A stretch of DNA of 62,972 nt, the filler included, from Reticulomyxa filosa (Eukaryota > Protista > Foraminifera), in NCBI GenBank assembly GCA_000512085.1. It is 15 parts of 15 records of this genome, joined end to end, with 100 filler letters (N's around TTAATTAATTAA, not from the genome) between each part and the next. Parts side by side here need not be neighbours in the genome. Positions count along the whole stretch, not along the records: positions 1 to 28,707 come from ASPP01021653.1; positions 28,808 to 30,252 come from ASPP01028118.1; positions 30,353 to 34,807 come from ASPP01006720.1; positions 34,908 to 35,945 come from ASPP01012150.1; positions 36,046 to 37,045 come from ASPP01049527.1; positions 37,146 to 40,386 come from ASPP01049054.1; 9 more parts are not named here. One strand, written 5' to 3'. The notes below the pieces were generated by a model, which was not told the origin of the DNA, did no database searches, and worked only from the letters and a program-made list of their open reading frames with translations. Within the stretch, counting starts at the first letter, position 1; each line of letters starts with the position of its first letter. The position numbers and the translations under genes are program-made. Shown piece by piece: positions 26,744 to 38,210 of this stretch.

Positions 26744-28707
26744 ATGGAACATATATCTCACGAACATTTTAAATCAGTTGGTAGGTACGGCACATAATTT
26801 TGTAATGCACTCTTATTTTTGTTTTTTCAGCAGCTCAGCCAGTAAGAGTGCAACAACAAATTGAAACTGTAATTGTTAACGGGACGGGAAAACAACAGTG
26901 AAAATATTTGTCGTAAAGTGTGAGCCAAACTATACGAATCCATGGCAAATGTCTCACCAGACGAAGTCGAACTATAGTGGTTTTATTATAACAAACAACT
27001 ATATTATGTGCACAGCACATGCAGTAGCATTTGCAAAAAGCATACGGTGCGTTATAACAACAAACAACGCACATGTATATGTAACTTTCTCCCCTCCCCA
27101 CGTGATATACACAATTCTGTGGCGTATGCGTATGTGGTATTATCATCGACTTGAATATAAGAAATAGATAGAACAAAACCCACAACGTATACGCTCTTTA
27201 CGCTCACGCGCAAAAAAAAAAAAAAAAAAAATGGAACGTTGTGTAAAAAAAAAAAAAATTAAAAAAATGAATGTGATAGGATTCGCAAGCACAACGACAG
27301 AAGTGGTAAGAAATATGCAGCTCGTGTGGCACATGTCGGACACGTGTGCGACCTAGCACTGTTGGAAATCGAAGACGAGGCGAACAGCGGAACGACAAGT
27401 GAAAAGTTTTGGAGCAACACAACTCCGTTGATCTTTAGTGAGGTACTGCCCAGTTTGCAAGCGACAGCATTTGCATTGGGATACCCTGCGGGCGGAGATA
27501 CCATTTGTGTGACGAAAGGAGTAATAAGTCGGGTGGGGCTCATCAAGTACTTCCATAGTTCTCGAAGCTTGCCCACTATCCAATTTGACGCGGCAATCAA
27601 CGAAGGAAGTTCCGGGGGGCCCGTCATGCAAAAAGATCATGTCATTGGGATGTGTCTCCAAGCATTGGAAGACAAACAAAACATTGGGTTCTATTTTTTT
27701 TTACTTTTTAAAAAAAATAATAAAATAAACCCTTTTTTTTTAAAAAAAAAATAATAAATAGGTATTGTGTTCCATCAGTGGTGATCAACCACTTTTTAAC
27801 GGATTGTTTTGTACATAAGAGAGTGGCGAATTTTCCAAAGTTAGGATTTTCGTTTATAAATTTGGAGAACCCCTCTCATAAGAAGCAGCTTGGTCTGAGC
27901 GATGAACAAACGGGTGTGTTGATACGATCGCTGACGCCGTTGACAGACGCGAAAAAAAAACTGGAGGTAGGCGATGTGCTGTTAGAGTACGATGGTGTTG
28001 TAATTGCGGATGACGGGACCATTCCGAATTTGCTTCGCGACAAAAAGGACGACATTGGAGAGCGCGTGGAATTTACGGTGTTGGCGTCTCTCAAATTCAA
28101 ACACGAAAAATGTCGATTAAAAATTTGGAGAAATCAACAAATGCAATGGATTGATGTCAACGTCTTCGCGTCCTCTAGTCTGCTGGTCCCGTTGCATTTG
28201 TATTATCTCAGCGATAACGAGATGCGCGAACACAAACAACGCTACGAGGAAGGCCTACTTCGAAGTCGTCACGCAAGGGATATCACGCCGAGCGTCGAAC
28301 AAGAAGAAGAAGAGAAGCAATTACACCAAAAGCAATTACGTGCGCCATTGCAACAGCAGTTTTTGCAACCACAGGCTGCCACTCAGTCCTCGCCACAAAT
28401 CAATGCTAACACTAGCACCACTCTTACTACTGCCACTGCTATTGCCACTACTACAAATATAGCGGCGACAACAACGGCAATATCGAGTGAAACGACTACT
28501 TCAAATGCAAATGCAAATATAAATGCAAATGCAAATGTAAGTGCAAATGCAAATGCAATAGCATCAACAACAACCACAGTGACGATAACAGCTGTGGGTA
28601 CAACAGATTCGACTATCAATGCTAATGCTATCTCCAACAATAATACTAACACGACGACAAATGCAAATGCAAATGCAAATGCAAATGCAAATGCAAATGC
28701 AAATGCA
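26744..28707 (+). CDS. Deg/HtrA trypsin-like serine protease with PDZ domain (Deg2/9/10-like); 3' end truncated by a gap
   Basis: VKIF..PNYTNPWQ is present. The triad is TAHAV (His), CDLALL (Asp) and DAAINEGSSGGP (Ser). GYPAGGDTICVTKGVISR and the PDZ region LENP..GVLI..GDVLL..IADDGT follow. Confidence 0.93.
28500..28707 (+). repeat. (AATGCA)n hexamer arrays encoding Asn-Ala repeats
   Basis: A perfect run at 28660-28707 ends the contig; an imperfect run lies at ~28502-28560. Confidence 0.9.
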
Positions 28708-28807
28708 NNNNNNNNNNNNNNNNNNNNNNNNNNNNNNNNNNNNNNNNNNNNTTAATTAATTAANNNNNNNNNNNNNNNNNNNNNNNNNNNNNNNNNNNNN
28801 NNNNNNN
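28708..28807. other. Artificial contig spacer (N44-TTAATTAATTAA-N44); first of 14
   Basis: Identical 100-nt spacers with stops in all six frames start at 28708, 30253, 34808, 35946, 37046, 40387, 43625, 44870, 47197, 49049, 51895, 53955, 60255 and 61403. Confidence 0.99.
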
Positions 28808-30391
28808 GCATCCAAGCAGTCACGAGAGCTATACATCAAACGTCATACAGTTTGTGCTGATTTACGTCTACACGAATACAAAGCAACAAAGTTAAACGTT
28901 AATATATGTACCGTTGGCAAAGCAATAAACGACACCAACTTCCAGCGCTTACACTTACACGGTCCGAGACCACATTCACTTACTTATTTACTTCCACCTA
29001 TATATTTAAACAAAGCGTAGCCATTTCATTAATAAATGCACTTTTATGCTTTCATTGATTATGTACATCAAGTTTTTTAAATACCAATGCAGCCAATAAA
29101 GTTTGAAATACTCGATAATAGATACATATCGTTCTTTAATGCGCACTTGTAAAAAAATAAAACAAAAACTGGTTGTCTTCGAAATATAACATATCAGCAA
29201 ATTGCATAGCAAAAAATCTAGATCAAAACTGACCTGTAAGAGATATTCGCAAACAAGACACAGTACATGTATTGTGTGAGCGATGACAAACACTGCAGAT
29301 GTTGCGATCACAATTGCTCCAACACACATAAAAGTTTGAAACGGCATTGCCACCATAGAAACAAAATCTTGTATTCTTTGACTGTAAAATAGCCTTGGGT
29401 TGAGAAGCATTTCATTTAACAACTTATGTCACAACGTCAACTTGAAAATAAAGAAAGAAAACAAAGAAAAGAAGAGTCTAGGGAGTGTTGTTTGCTTACA
29501 ATGAAGCACAACATCTGAAAGGTTTTGAGAGTATAAAGAAAAGATTGAGGTGGAAACATGATAAAGTTCCATATTGCCGGAACGCGGCCTTCGTTTACTT
29601 TTTTTCCAAAAAAGGAAAAAAAATTTGTATTGTTTGATAGTAGACTTAGGATTAAATCATAAGCTACTCATTTTGGACAATGTGTGATCTGAGTTTTATA
29701 TGAAAAAAATATGTATAGACATCAGTAGATGGATATTATTCCTGTTGTCATTAACATATTTGTAAATATGTTGAACTTTTTTAACACAACTTTTTTTGAC
29801 ATGATAATTTGTTAATGGTCTTATATCTATTTTTGCAAAAGAAAAAAAAACTTTTGATTCAAACATTAATAACGTTATTTCTTTTAATGAGTATGTAAAA
29901 TGGTATTTTTGTTGAAACTGCGGATTAGTATATGCTGAAATGCATGATTAGTACTAATTTATTCACATTCCACATTCGCAACAACAGTATTAACAGCAAT
30001 GGCAATGTGATAAGCCAAATAGATTATTCATTTTTTTTTAAAACGATAAATTATACATAAAAATATTACAGGCGCAAAGTACGAAGATTGTAAGAAAAAA
30101 GTTATCACTTGTTTCTTCACTTTTATCATAATCGGGACATTTCTGCCAACTTCACCAGGAGACTATTCCAAAGACAAAAGTAAATATACAAACATTTGTT
30201 ATTATGATTACAATCCCCTCCATTTATCTTTTTTTTTATACCTTTTTTGGCANNNNNNNNNNNNNNNNNNNNNNNNNNNNNNNNNNNNNNNNNNNNTTAA
30301 TTAATTAANNNNNNNNNNNNNNNNNNNNNNNNNNNNNNNNNNNNNNNNNNNNTAATGAATTCCCTTCTCTTTTTTTTTTTTTTTTTTTTGG

Positions 30392-31429
30392 TTAAGAAAT
30401 AACTTTGGAAGCACGGTTCAACGAAGACAGATCAACAAAGTTCCAATAGCGTTCTCTGGACTCGGCCATAGCCTTGGCCATGTCCGGTGAGTTGCGATGA
30501 TGCAACCAGACATGCCAGCGCAGTTCATCCAACGACGTCAAATCTTTGTCGTGTTGGCAAATGAAGCACTTATATCCGGGAACTTTGGGGACTTTGCCAT
30601 CATCACAACCGAGATAAAACGACGCAATTATCAAATAAATTTCCTTTTTTTTTTGTTTAAATTTGGATGTTTCAACATTTTTTAAAACTTAAAAAAAAAA
30701 AAAAATTCGAAACGTTATGTTCCAACCAAACGGCACAATCAACGAATTGCCGCAAGGTTTTGTTGGTGTAATCGTCGTAGTAGTCGTTGGTGCCCCAGAC
30801 CGGGAAAGCTTGCAGATAGATTCTGTCGATTTGCGGCGTCGACTTCTTCAGCACTCGCAGCTGCCACGGCTGCATTTTCGCTATGTCCGCACTAGTTTCG
30901 AACCCGTAGCTCACCAACCGCTTCAGTATCTCGTGGATCTTCTCGATCCCCAAACTCGAGTACATTTGTCGATTCCTCACGTGACGTAGCGACAGTTGGT
31001 CACGTGCAAACACAATGTTGTTGTTATTGCTACTGCTTGTTGTCGACGTTGTTGTTCCACTTGTATCTTTTTTTTTTAATTGCCCCCCTTTTTTTTTTTC
31101 TTCCCCCCTACTCCTTACCCTTTTTGGGTTGCAATACTTTTTTTTTTTGATTGAATAAAAACCTGGTCTGTTGTGGACGTATACTCGACGTGTGTCAATA
31201 TGCGGCGGCCCATTAGAAACATTCACTGCCGAGGTGTTGCTGCAAATCGGGGTGGTGCTTGTCTTGGGGTTGCTTGGCCACATTGACGAACGAGTCGGCT
31301 GCGCATTTGGGATGTGGAATACCAACGGTGCTTTTTAAGGGCAAATTGTGTAAAGTGGTGGTATGTACTTTTTTCCCCACAATCAATCGCACAGCGAGGA
31401 CGAAAAGTTTGAAAAGAAAAGGACGCCAT
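30392..31429 (-). CDS. Hypothetical protein with a SAM-like helical segment and a C-terminal C2H2-type zinc finger (about 4 exons)
   Basis: YKCFICQHDKDLTSLDELRWHVWLHH fits C2H2. LGIEKIHEILKRLVSYGFETSADIAKM weakly resembles SAM. GT-AG introns join the ORFs in phase. Confidence 0.55.
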
Positions 31430-32651
31430 TCTAACTTTCGTTGACGCTGCAAAAAAAAAAATAAAAAAAAAATAAAAATTTAACAACGTCATTTTTTTTA
31501 CCTTGGCCTAAAGTCTTCTGCAAACGTTGACAATGAGGCGCAAATGACATTTCTTTTTATGTCTTAAGTTAGATTATTTATCTTTTGGGTCCCGAGTTCG
31601 GTTTTCGAAGCTTGTGCAAAATCTTTTTGAAACGTCTTTTGTTTACAATAAAATTATTTTGTTCACTTTGGCACAAAAGATATTCTTTTGTTGGTTTGAT
31701 AATGAAACACACCAAACCCTGCCAAAGAAATCGAATTATAAAATAATTGGACAGCTCGTATTTGATTACCTCTTCTGATCTGGTTTTCGTGTCTACAACT
31801 GTTTTTTGGTGAGACAATGCTCTACTCGTTAAAACCAGCACATCTTTCAAATTTTGTGTCAAGTTATAATACATTTTCACCATTAAAAAAAACTTTATAA
31901 TTGACCAATGAAATCAAGTGTAGCGTTTTTTTCTATAAAAAGAATCAAATTGGTGCTATAAATAAAAATTCAAACTAAAAAATCTTTGCTTGTTCCAGGG
32001 AGTTGGATGATGATGAGATTTTCCATCACCACTCCCGAAATACGGTTGCTGAGAGAAGAAAAAATTGTATTCCGGTCTCCTGTCGTCAAGATTTTACCAA
32101 CAAATGTACCAAATCCAACCAAAAAAAGACGCAGGAGGAAAACGGAAAAAGCAACAGCAAACCGGGTGTTTTTTAACGCCGCCAAACTTGCTGCTGTTTG
32201 CTTTTGGACCTGATAAATTAAAAATGATTCTGGAATAATTTGTTTGCTGTTGATAAAAAAGCCCTTTTTTCTGACTTCTGGCACAGTAATTTTGAGATTT
32301 ATGAATACCAACAACTATCAAAAACTGCTTATAAGTGCCCAAAATGAGTTTACACAATTTGCAGCTTTAAGACTTCTATCAGGCTATTATGATTTTACAA
32401 ATTTTTTATACGACATATGATGATTAAGAGCACGCAGAACGTAAAATTTTTGAAAGAGTAGTTGTTTTCAATGGGTAAAGTGAATGTTAAATTTTGAACT
32501 AACCCTTTTTCCGTCGAAATTAGATGCTTTCGTATTTGTTGTGATGGACCCAAACTTCAAAAAAAAACAAAGCAAACGAAACGTCAACCCCAAACACTTC
32601 AATCAATTGGTTCCAAAACACGAATTCGTTCTGTTCTTATTTTACACCATC

Positions 32652-32982
32652 TCACAAACCGCCTCGCAACATGATGGCAGAGTGCAATGTCATTCCGGCT
32701 TCAACACCTGTCGTTTTTTATTTATTTTCGCAAAAACAAAATTTTTTGAAAAAAACGCGATATTTCGGATTAGAATTTTTGTAAGATTTGTCGAATTACT
32801 TAACCTTTGTCTTTCAATTTGTCGGTGTCATTCAAAAGCTTGCCCTTGAAAATGATTCTCAGTTGATCTGAAGGAATTCCCTCTTTTTCTTGCAATATCA
32901 ACTTGACTTGTTTGACTGTTGCATCATCGTCAACGTTGATTTCATTTTTGTTCCCGTTCAGTGATTTCACGGAAATGAACAT
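32652..32982 (-). CDS. Ubiquitin/NEDD8-like modifier, 77-aa precursor ending LRGG-L (2 exons)
   Basis: Removing the intron at 32708-32804 gives MFISVKSLNG...EKEGIPSDQLRIIFKGK...TLHSAIMLRGGL*. The di-glycine is at positions 75-76. Confidence 0.9.
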
Positions 32983-33672
32983 TGTTCGCTTTTTTTAAGA
33001 TCTTAGTGCTATTCGTTTTGCACATCAAGATTTATCACTAGGGAATGCAAACAAAAAACAAACAATACCAAGGGTTCTAAAAAGGTCTGATGATATTCAA
33101 AAGTGAACTTTCCTATTATCACTGTCTTTAAAAGCTAAACCCCCTTACCTGAGTTTAAGACTATATTCCGAAAGCGGTCAGTTGTTGGAAAGCTTTTCGC
33201 AAGTTGAATAATGTTGTCTCGGGTAGATAAAGAAACCTTGCCGTCCTTTTTAAAAAAGTGTTTCCAGCTATCGCTGATGGTTTACTTTGAAAAATTTTCC
33301 TACAAAAAAGATTTTGCACAAAAATAGATAATTTTGTAAGGTCAAAAAAGTTTCCGTTGTGCGGGCAAATATTTCTGCTTTACGTCACAGCGTTTGTGCA
33401 CGATAAAACATTTCAAAACTATTTCCTATCAATTTTTTGCTTGATAGAATCATTAAAAGATGAAGCTTCTTGCTTCAATAAGAAAAAAATTTAGTTTATG
33501 ACAATAATTCAACACCAAAAAAACAAAAAATTTGTTTTACTATAACACTCGCAAGGTTTCATAAGCAACATCAAATCCTCTGGCATTGAACATGTCGGCT
33601 GTTCTGTTGCTGGACAATTTGAAGTTTGTTGCTTTTCTCTGGTACAATCGAAGTTCATAGTTTTCTTTAAAT

Positions 33673-34790
33673 TTACTTTTTGCAAACGTCGCTTTGCGTA
33701 CAGTCACTCGATGAATTTTGTTTTTCTTTTGGCAAATGGTTAAAATGTTCTAAAGGAAAAGCACCCCGTTTCCATTGGTCTTTGTCTGTGTAAAAGAATC
33801 TATTCCACAAAAATTCAATCAAAAATTTTCGTTTGTATTTCTAAAATTTTTTTCCTTCTCCTCCAAGTTACCTGACAGTGGAATTTAATATTCGTTTGGA
33901 TTGATGTTCTCTTTGGATGGTACGATCACGATGAACATCAACCCCCATCAAGCGATCCTCCCAACTGATTCTAGGTGCTCGGTCTTCATGGGAAGGAGGT
34001 AAGTAAGAATCATTGAAATAATGTTGTTTTAAATGTTCGTTTGGACCTATGTGATGGTAATGTTCTGGTAATCGAAGGGGTTTTTCTAACGGTATGCCAT
34101 GTTTGGCTGCCAATAAACGCCCAACATTATCATAAGCATCTTTCTCCTCTCCTGATAGCCGAGTGTCCATGCGAGTGTTTAACTCTTCCCAACGATAGAA
34201 TGGGAAAGGTTTCATTAACAAATTAGAAGGCTCCAATGTTTCCCAGTTTTCTGATTTATCTGCCAGGCCTGCCATCACTGGTGACGGTGATGAAGAACCT
34301 TGCTGATCTCTTTTGTGGATGATTTGGCGGCGGACATTAGCTTCGACAGATTGTTCCCACATATCCAATGAAAATTCTCGAAGCGCCTCCCATTCATCGG
34401 TTGTATCATTCATTTGAAAAATGATTTCCCTTTGTTTTTCCAACAGCGCTGCAAAAGGTTTGATGAGTGTCGCGTCAATTTGATGCAATATTTCATTTCG
34501 TTCGTTCGCATTTACCGCTACACCTCCAGGTTCTAATGGATTTTGGTTTTTGGAGAAAGGGATAAACTCTTTTTTGAGCATTACACCTGCAGTTGTAGAG
34601 AGAATCTTGTTTACGATGAACTCGGTAAGACTTCCCATTATGTTATCTGAAGACAGCAACGTTAATACGCTTGAAAACTCCTTGCTGTTTATCACTTTCA
34701 ACATTGCTTGCTTTCGATATTCTTCTTGTTCCAGTATACAATTGTCGTCCACGATTTCCGTATTTGGTGTGGGCAGCACTAATTCATCCT
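33673..34790 (-). CDS. Hypothetical protein, 3' part (5' end lost in a gap)
   Basis: A 303-aa ORF with normal composition, plus a final exon FFYTDKDQWKRGAFPLEHF...KK* after a GT-AG intron at ~33800-33872. Confidence 0.7.
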
Positions 34791-34907
34791 ATATATATAT
34801 ATATATANNNNNNNNNNNNNNNNNNNNNNNNNNNNNNNNNNNNNNNNNNNNTTAATTAATTAANNNNNNNNNNNNNNNNNNNNNNNNNNNNNNNNNNNNN
34901 NNNNNNN

Positions 34908-35654
34908 CGGCCCGCGAGGCGGCGTCGTCGCGATTCTGGGCAAGAGCTGAGTAAGCGCGAAAGGCGAGGCGGAAGGCCTGGAGGCGATCGCCTTCGACCA
35001 GCGGATTGGATTCGGGAGGGCGATCGATCCGACAAGACTGGAGAAGACGGTGGTGGCGGTCGACCGATGGGATGACGATGGTGTCGTCATCAGGACATCG
35101 TAATCCAGCAGGATGGCCTGCGGCCGGGTCTTGGGGTCGAAGTACTCCATTCGATGATCCAGATCGGCATTCTTCAGTCCCGTTCCCGCGCGATTCATGG
35201 CGCTGGTGGGAGTCGTCGGAATGTTGACGATGGGAATCTTCGGCGCGGCCAGGCGCGGGCTGTAGGCCGGCTTGTCGGCCGGGTACTGCGTCATGAGCTC
35301 GAAGGGACTGCGGTCTTCTCCAAGGAAGATCGCGACGGCCCGCGTGGCCACCAGCACGCTTCCGCCGCCGACGGCGATGAGGAGATCGGCCTTGGCCTCG
35401 CGGGCGGCATCCCTTGCGGCGCAGACATTGGGATAGGGGCAATCTTTTTCGATCCGGTCGAAGACGCCGGCGAAGGTCGGTCCCAGTGCCTTCTCGATAC
35501 GACGAACGGTGTCGGTTCGCCCGTTGATCGACGGCGAGCAAATGACGAAGGCGCGCCGGGCGCCGGCGCGAGCGGCGACCTCCCTGAGGGAACCTTCGAG
35601 GACGTTCGTTCCGCAGTACAGACGCCAGCTATGGCCCGAGGCACGAAAGCTCAC
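34908..35654 (-). CDS. Bacterial iron-containing alcohol dehydrogenase (partial, frameshift near 35010)
   Basis: High-GC contig with a GGAGG RBS before the GTG at 35654. It has the ADLLIAVGGGSV and IVNIPTT motifs of the Fe-ADH family. The C-terminal NPLVEGDRLQAFRL continues in another frame. Confidence 0.88.
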
Positions 35655-35766
35655 TGGATTTCCTCCTGGTCTTCGCGATCTTGCGACACGGATAGCATAT
35701 TTCGCCGCTGTCCATGGCTGCAGCCCGCTATAGTGGCGGCGTCCGTCGTGTGGGGAGTAAGGTCCA

Positions 35767-35945
35767 GTGGCATCGCCGTCGTCCGTTACCGTCATGAGCG
35801 GTCTCGCCCTCGAGGTGGCCGTCAATCGCTGGCTGAAACCGGCCTTCGAGGCCGCCTCACCCTTTCGCCTGGAGATCGACTGGCGTCCGACCACGGCCCT
35901 CATGAAGTCGATTGCCGAAGGGCAGCGCGCCGACGTCATCATCGC
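35767..35945 (+). CDS. Bacterial ModA-like ABC transporter substrate-binding protein (N-terminal fragment)
   Basis: A GGGGAG RBS precedes the GTG. VTVMSGLAL..LKPAFE....PTTALMKSIAEGQRADVII matches ModA-like N-termini. Confidence 0.75.
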
Positions 35946-36472
35946 NNNNNNNNNNNNNNNNNNNNNNNNNNNNNNNNNNNNNNNNNNNNTTAATTAATTA
36001 ANNNNNNNNNNNNNNNNNNNNNNNNNNNNNNNNNNNNNNNNNNNNTTTTTCATTTTAAAAAAGTGAAAGAAATTTCTATCAAATTCTATGTCAAGTTTTT
36101 TTGGATTAGATTTTTGGATAGTTTTATTATTTTTTTAGGGGGGAAGAATAGATTTGTTTCACTTTTCTCTCAGTTCAATTTTGGTTCCTTGTTTCAAAAA
36201 AAGGTAAAATAAGAAACTTTACAGAGATTATTTTTCATTTCAATTACACATATTTGTATAATTTGTTTTTTCTTTCAGTCCGAAGCTTTAAAAGTTCCAA
36301 TTTTTTTCGATTTGCTTGAAAGTGCGTGTTCTTGAAAGTAGCGCCTTGGAAAAGCTTAATTTTGTGATTATTATATTTGCTATTAGTAAATATAACAATA
36401 TAGCAAATAGACCTTGTTTGTATAAATTATATACGTATGAGTATAACGAAGGTCAACCCAACAATACATTCA

Positions 36473-36900
36473 CTAAATAAAGAAAGAGAACACTTGAATT
36501 TGTTTACCAGATCGTATATCCCATAAACGAGCAGTATTATCTGCAGATCCAGATAATATTGTATTTAACATTTCACTTGATCTATATTTTATACTTCTAA
36601 CATAATATGTATGTCCTTTAAGTACATTGAGTTGTTTGGTCGTTTCAATATCACATATTCGAACGGTATGATCACATGATCTAGAACAAATTGTATATAT
36701 ATTTCCACCAATCACAATAATATTATTTATTTTATTATTACCATTTTTGTTATGGCTTTGTGATTGTGAAATATAAACACACCAAACAAGACATTTATAT
36801 CCTTTAAAAAAATGTAATGATTTTGATGTTTCAGCATCCAAACATAAAGAATGTAATTGACTATTTAACAACAATGATAAAAAATAACAAATACATTTGT
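36473..36900 (-). pseudogene. Degenerate WD40-repeat gene of a lineage-expanded family
   Basis: It contains GHTYYVRSIKY..ILSGSADNTARLWDIRSG, with decayed repeats (ICSRSCDHTVRICD) and premature termination. Confidence 0.75.
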
Positions 36901-37145
36901 TTATTTTGTTTTAATTAAATGAAAGACAAATGATGAAATATATTGATTCAATGGGTTTTTTGTGTTGAGATTACAAGTGATCACATTGTTTTTTTTGCAC
37001 TTAAATTTTTCTGCAAAATATCAATACGTTGCTAGAGCAGCCACTNNNNNNNNNNNNNNNNNNNNNNNNNNNNNNNNNNNNNNNNNNNNTTAATTAATTA
37101 ANNNNNNNNNNNNNNNNNNNNNNNNNNNNNNNNNNNNNNNNNNNN

Positions 37146-38210
37146 TTGTGACAAACACACAACATATATTTATAGATTGCAGATAAACACACAAAAAAAA
37201 GATTTTACCTTATCTGGTGCACAATATTGCGATCCAAATATCACATTGAGTGGCCACAACGATATTGGTGAAATGCAATCATCATTTGGGCCGCTTTGTT
37301 TACATCTTCAAGCTCCCACGTATACTGTACACAAGCCACAGACAAGAGATAACATCTTTATCGCAGAAACAAAAAAAAAAAAAAGAAAGATAACTTGGAA
37401 GCAGTACATAATCGACGTAGATTTGATGATGGAATTGTTTGTAAATGTGCATGACATTGTTGATCGCGAATGTATAGATGTGATTGTCGTGTCGGAGCTG
37501 GAGCAATGTGTGAATGCAAGCGAGTTGGCTGGTGTTCAAGGCAATGTGGATCTTGCATTGACGGCGTAAGTGCCATTGGAAGCCACTTATTGGATGAATC
37601 AGCGCATCTTTGCACAAAAAGAGTATAAGCATCACGGCCGACTTGCAATAGAATTGCTCGTCGGTTGCGTTATGCTCATTCCTCTTATTTGTGCCAATAG
37701 CGCTTCAGTCGCCTTAAGGGCATATAATGTGCAATCGTGCAATGAAACGGATCTTCACTCACGACTTGTACCAGTAGTCGCTGGTCGAACCACACGTTGG
37801 AGCTTTCATCGCCGTCTGTCCAGGACTCACTTTGTAATGCTATCACATCATTACATATATCTTGACGATCTGTATGATATATACAATTTTTTGTTTATTT
37901 GCTTTTTAAAAAAAACAAAACAAAAAAACTAACTTAACATTGTAGAATTGGATAACACTTACAACATAGCCGGCGAAGTTTTGCAAATCGATGATAAGAA
38001 TTGGTCAGCGATACGTTGGAATGATAAATTTGCTGCGATGGATAGGCAGTGTTTGCAGCTGAGTTCTGCTCTCGTGTCACTGTGGTACCTGGAACAATTG
38101 ATTGCAAACATTGTCTTGAATGCCATGCTCATTCCTGATTGTTGGCACAGTCTGCACATTCCATTCGACGATGGTGTCATCAACACTTCCGCTTTGACAT
38201 TTGTAAGTGC
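37146..38210 (+). pseudogene. Disrupted coding fragment, possibly VPS13-like
   Basis: Exon-like blocks with an in-frame stop at 37567-37569. GEVLQIDD..CLQLS weakly resembles the VPS13 LQIDN region. Confidence 0.3.

Noticed and set aside
32005-32052. Possible box C/D snoRNA or SECIS (ATGATGA...CTGA)
   Set aside because: It is too short, has no terminal stem or recognisable guide, and the SECIS spacing does not fit.
35154-35993. 279-aa plus-strand ORF and 229-aa alternative-frame ORF in the bacterial contig
   Set aside because: High-GC shadow ORFs overlapping Fe-ADH. Only the 3' tail of the 229-aa ORF is real, through a frameshift.
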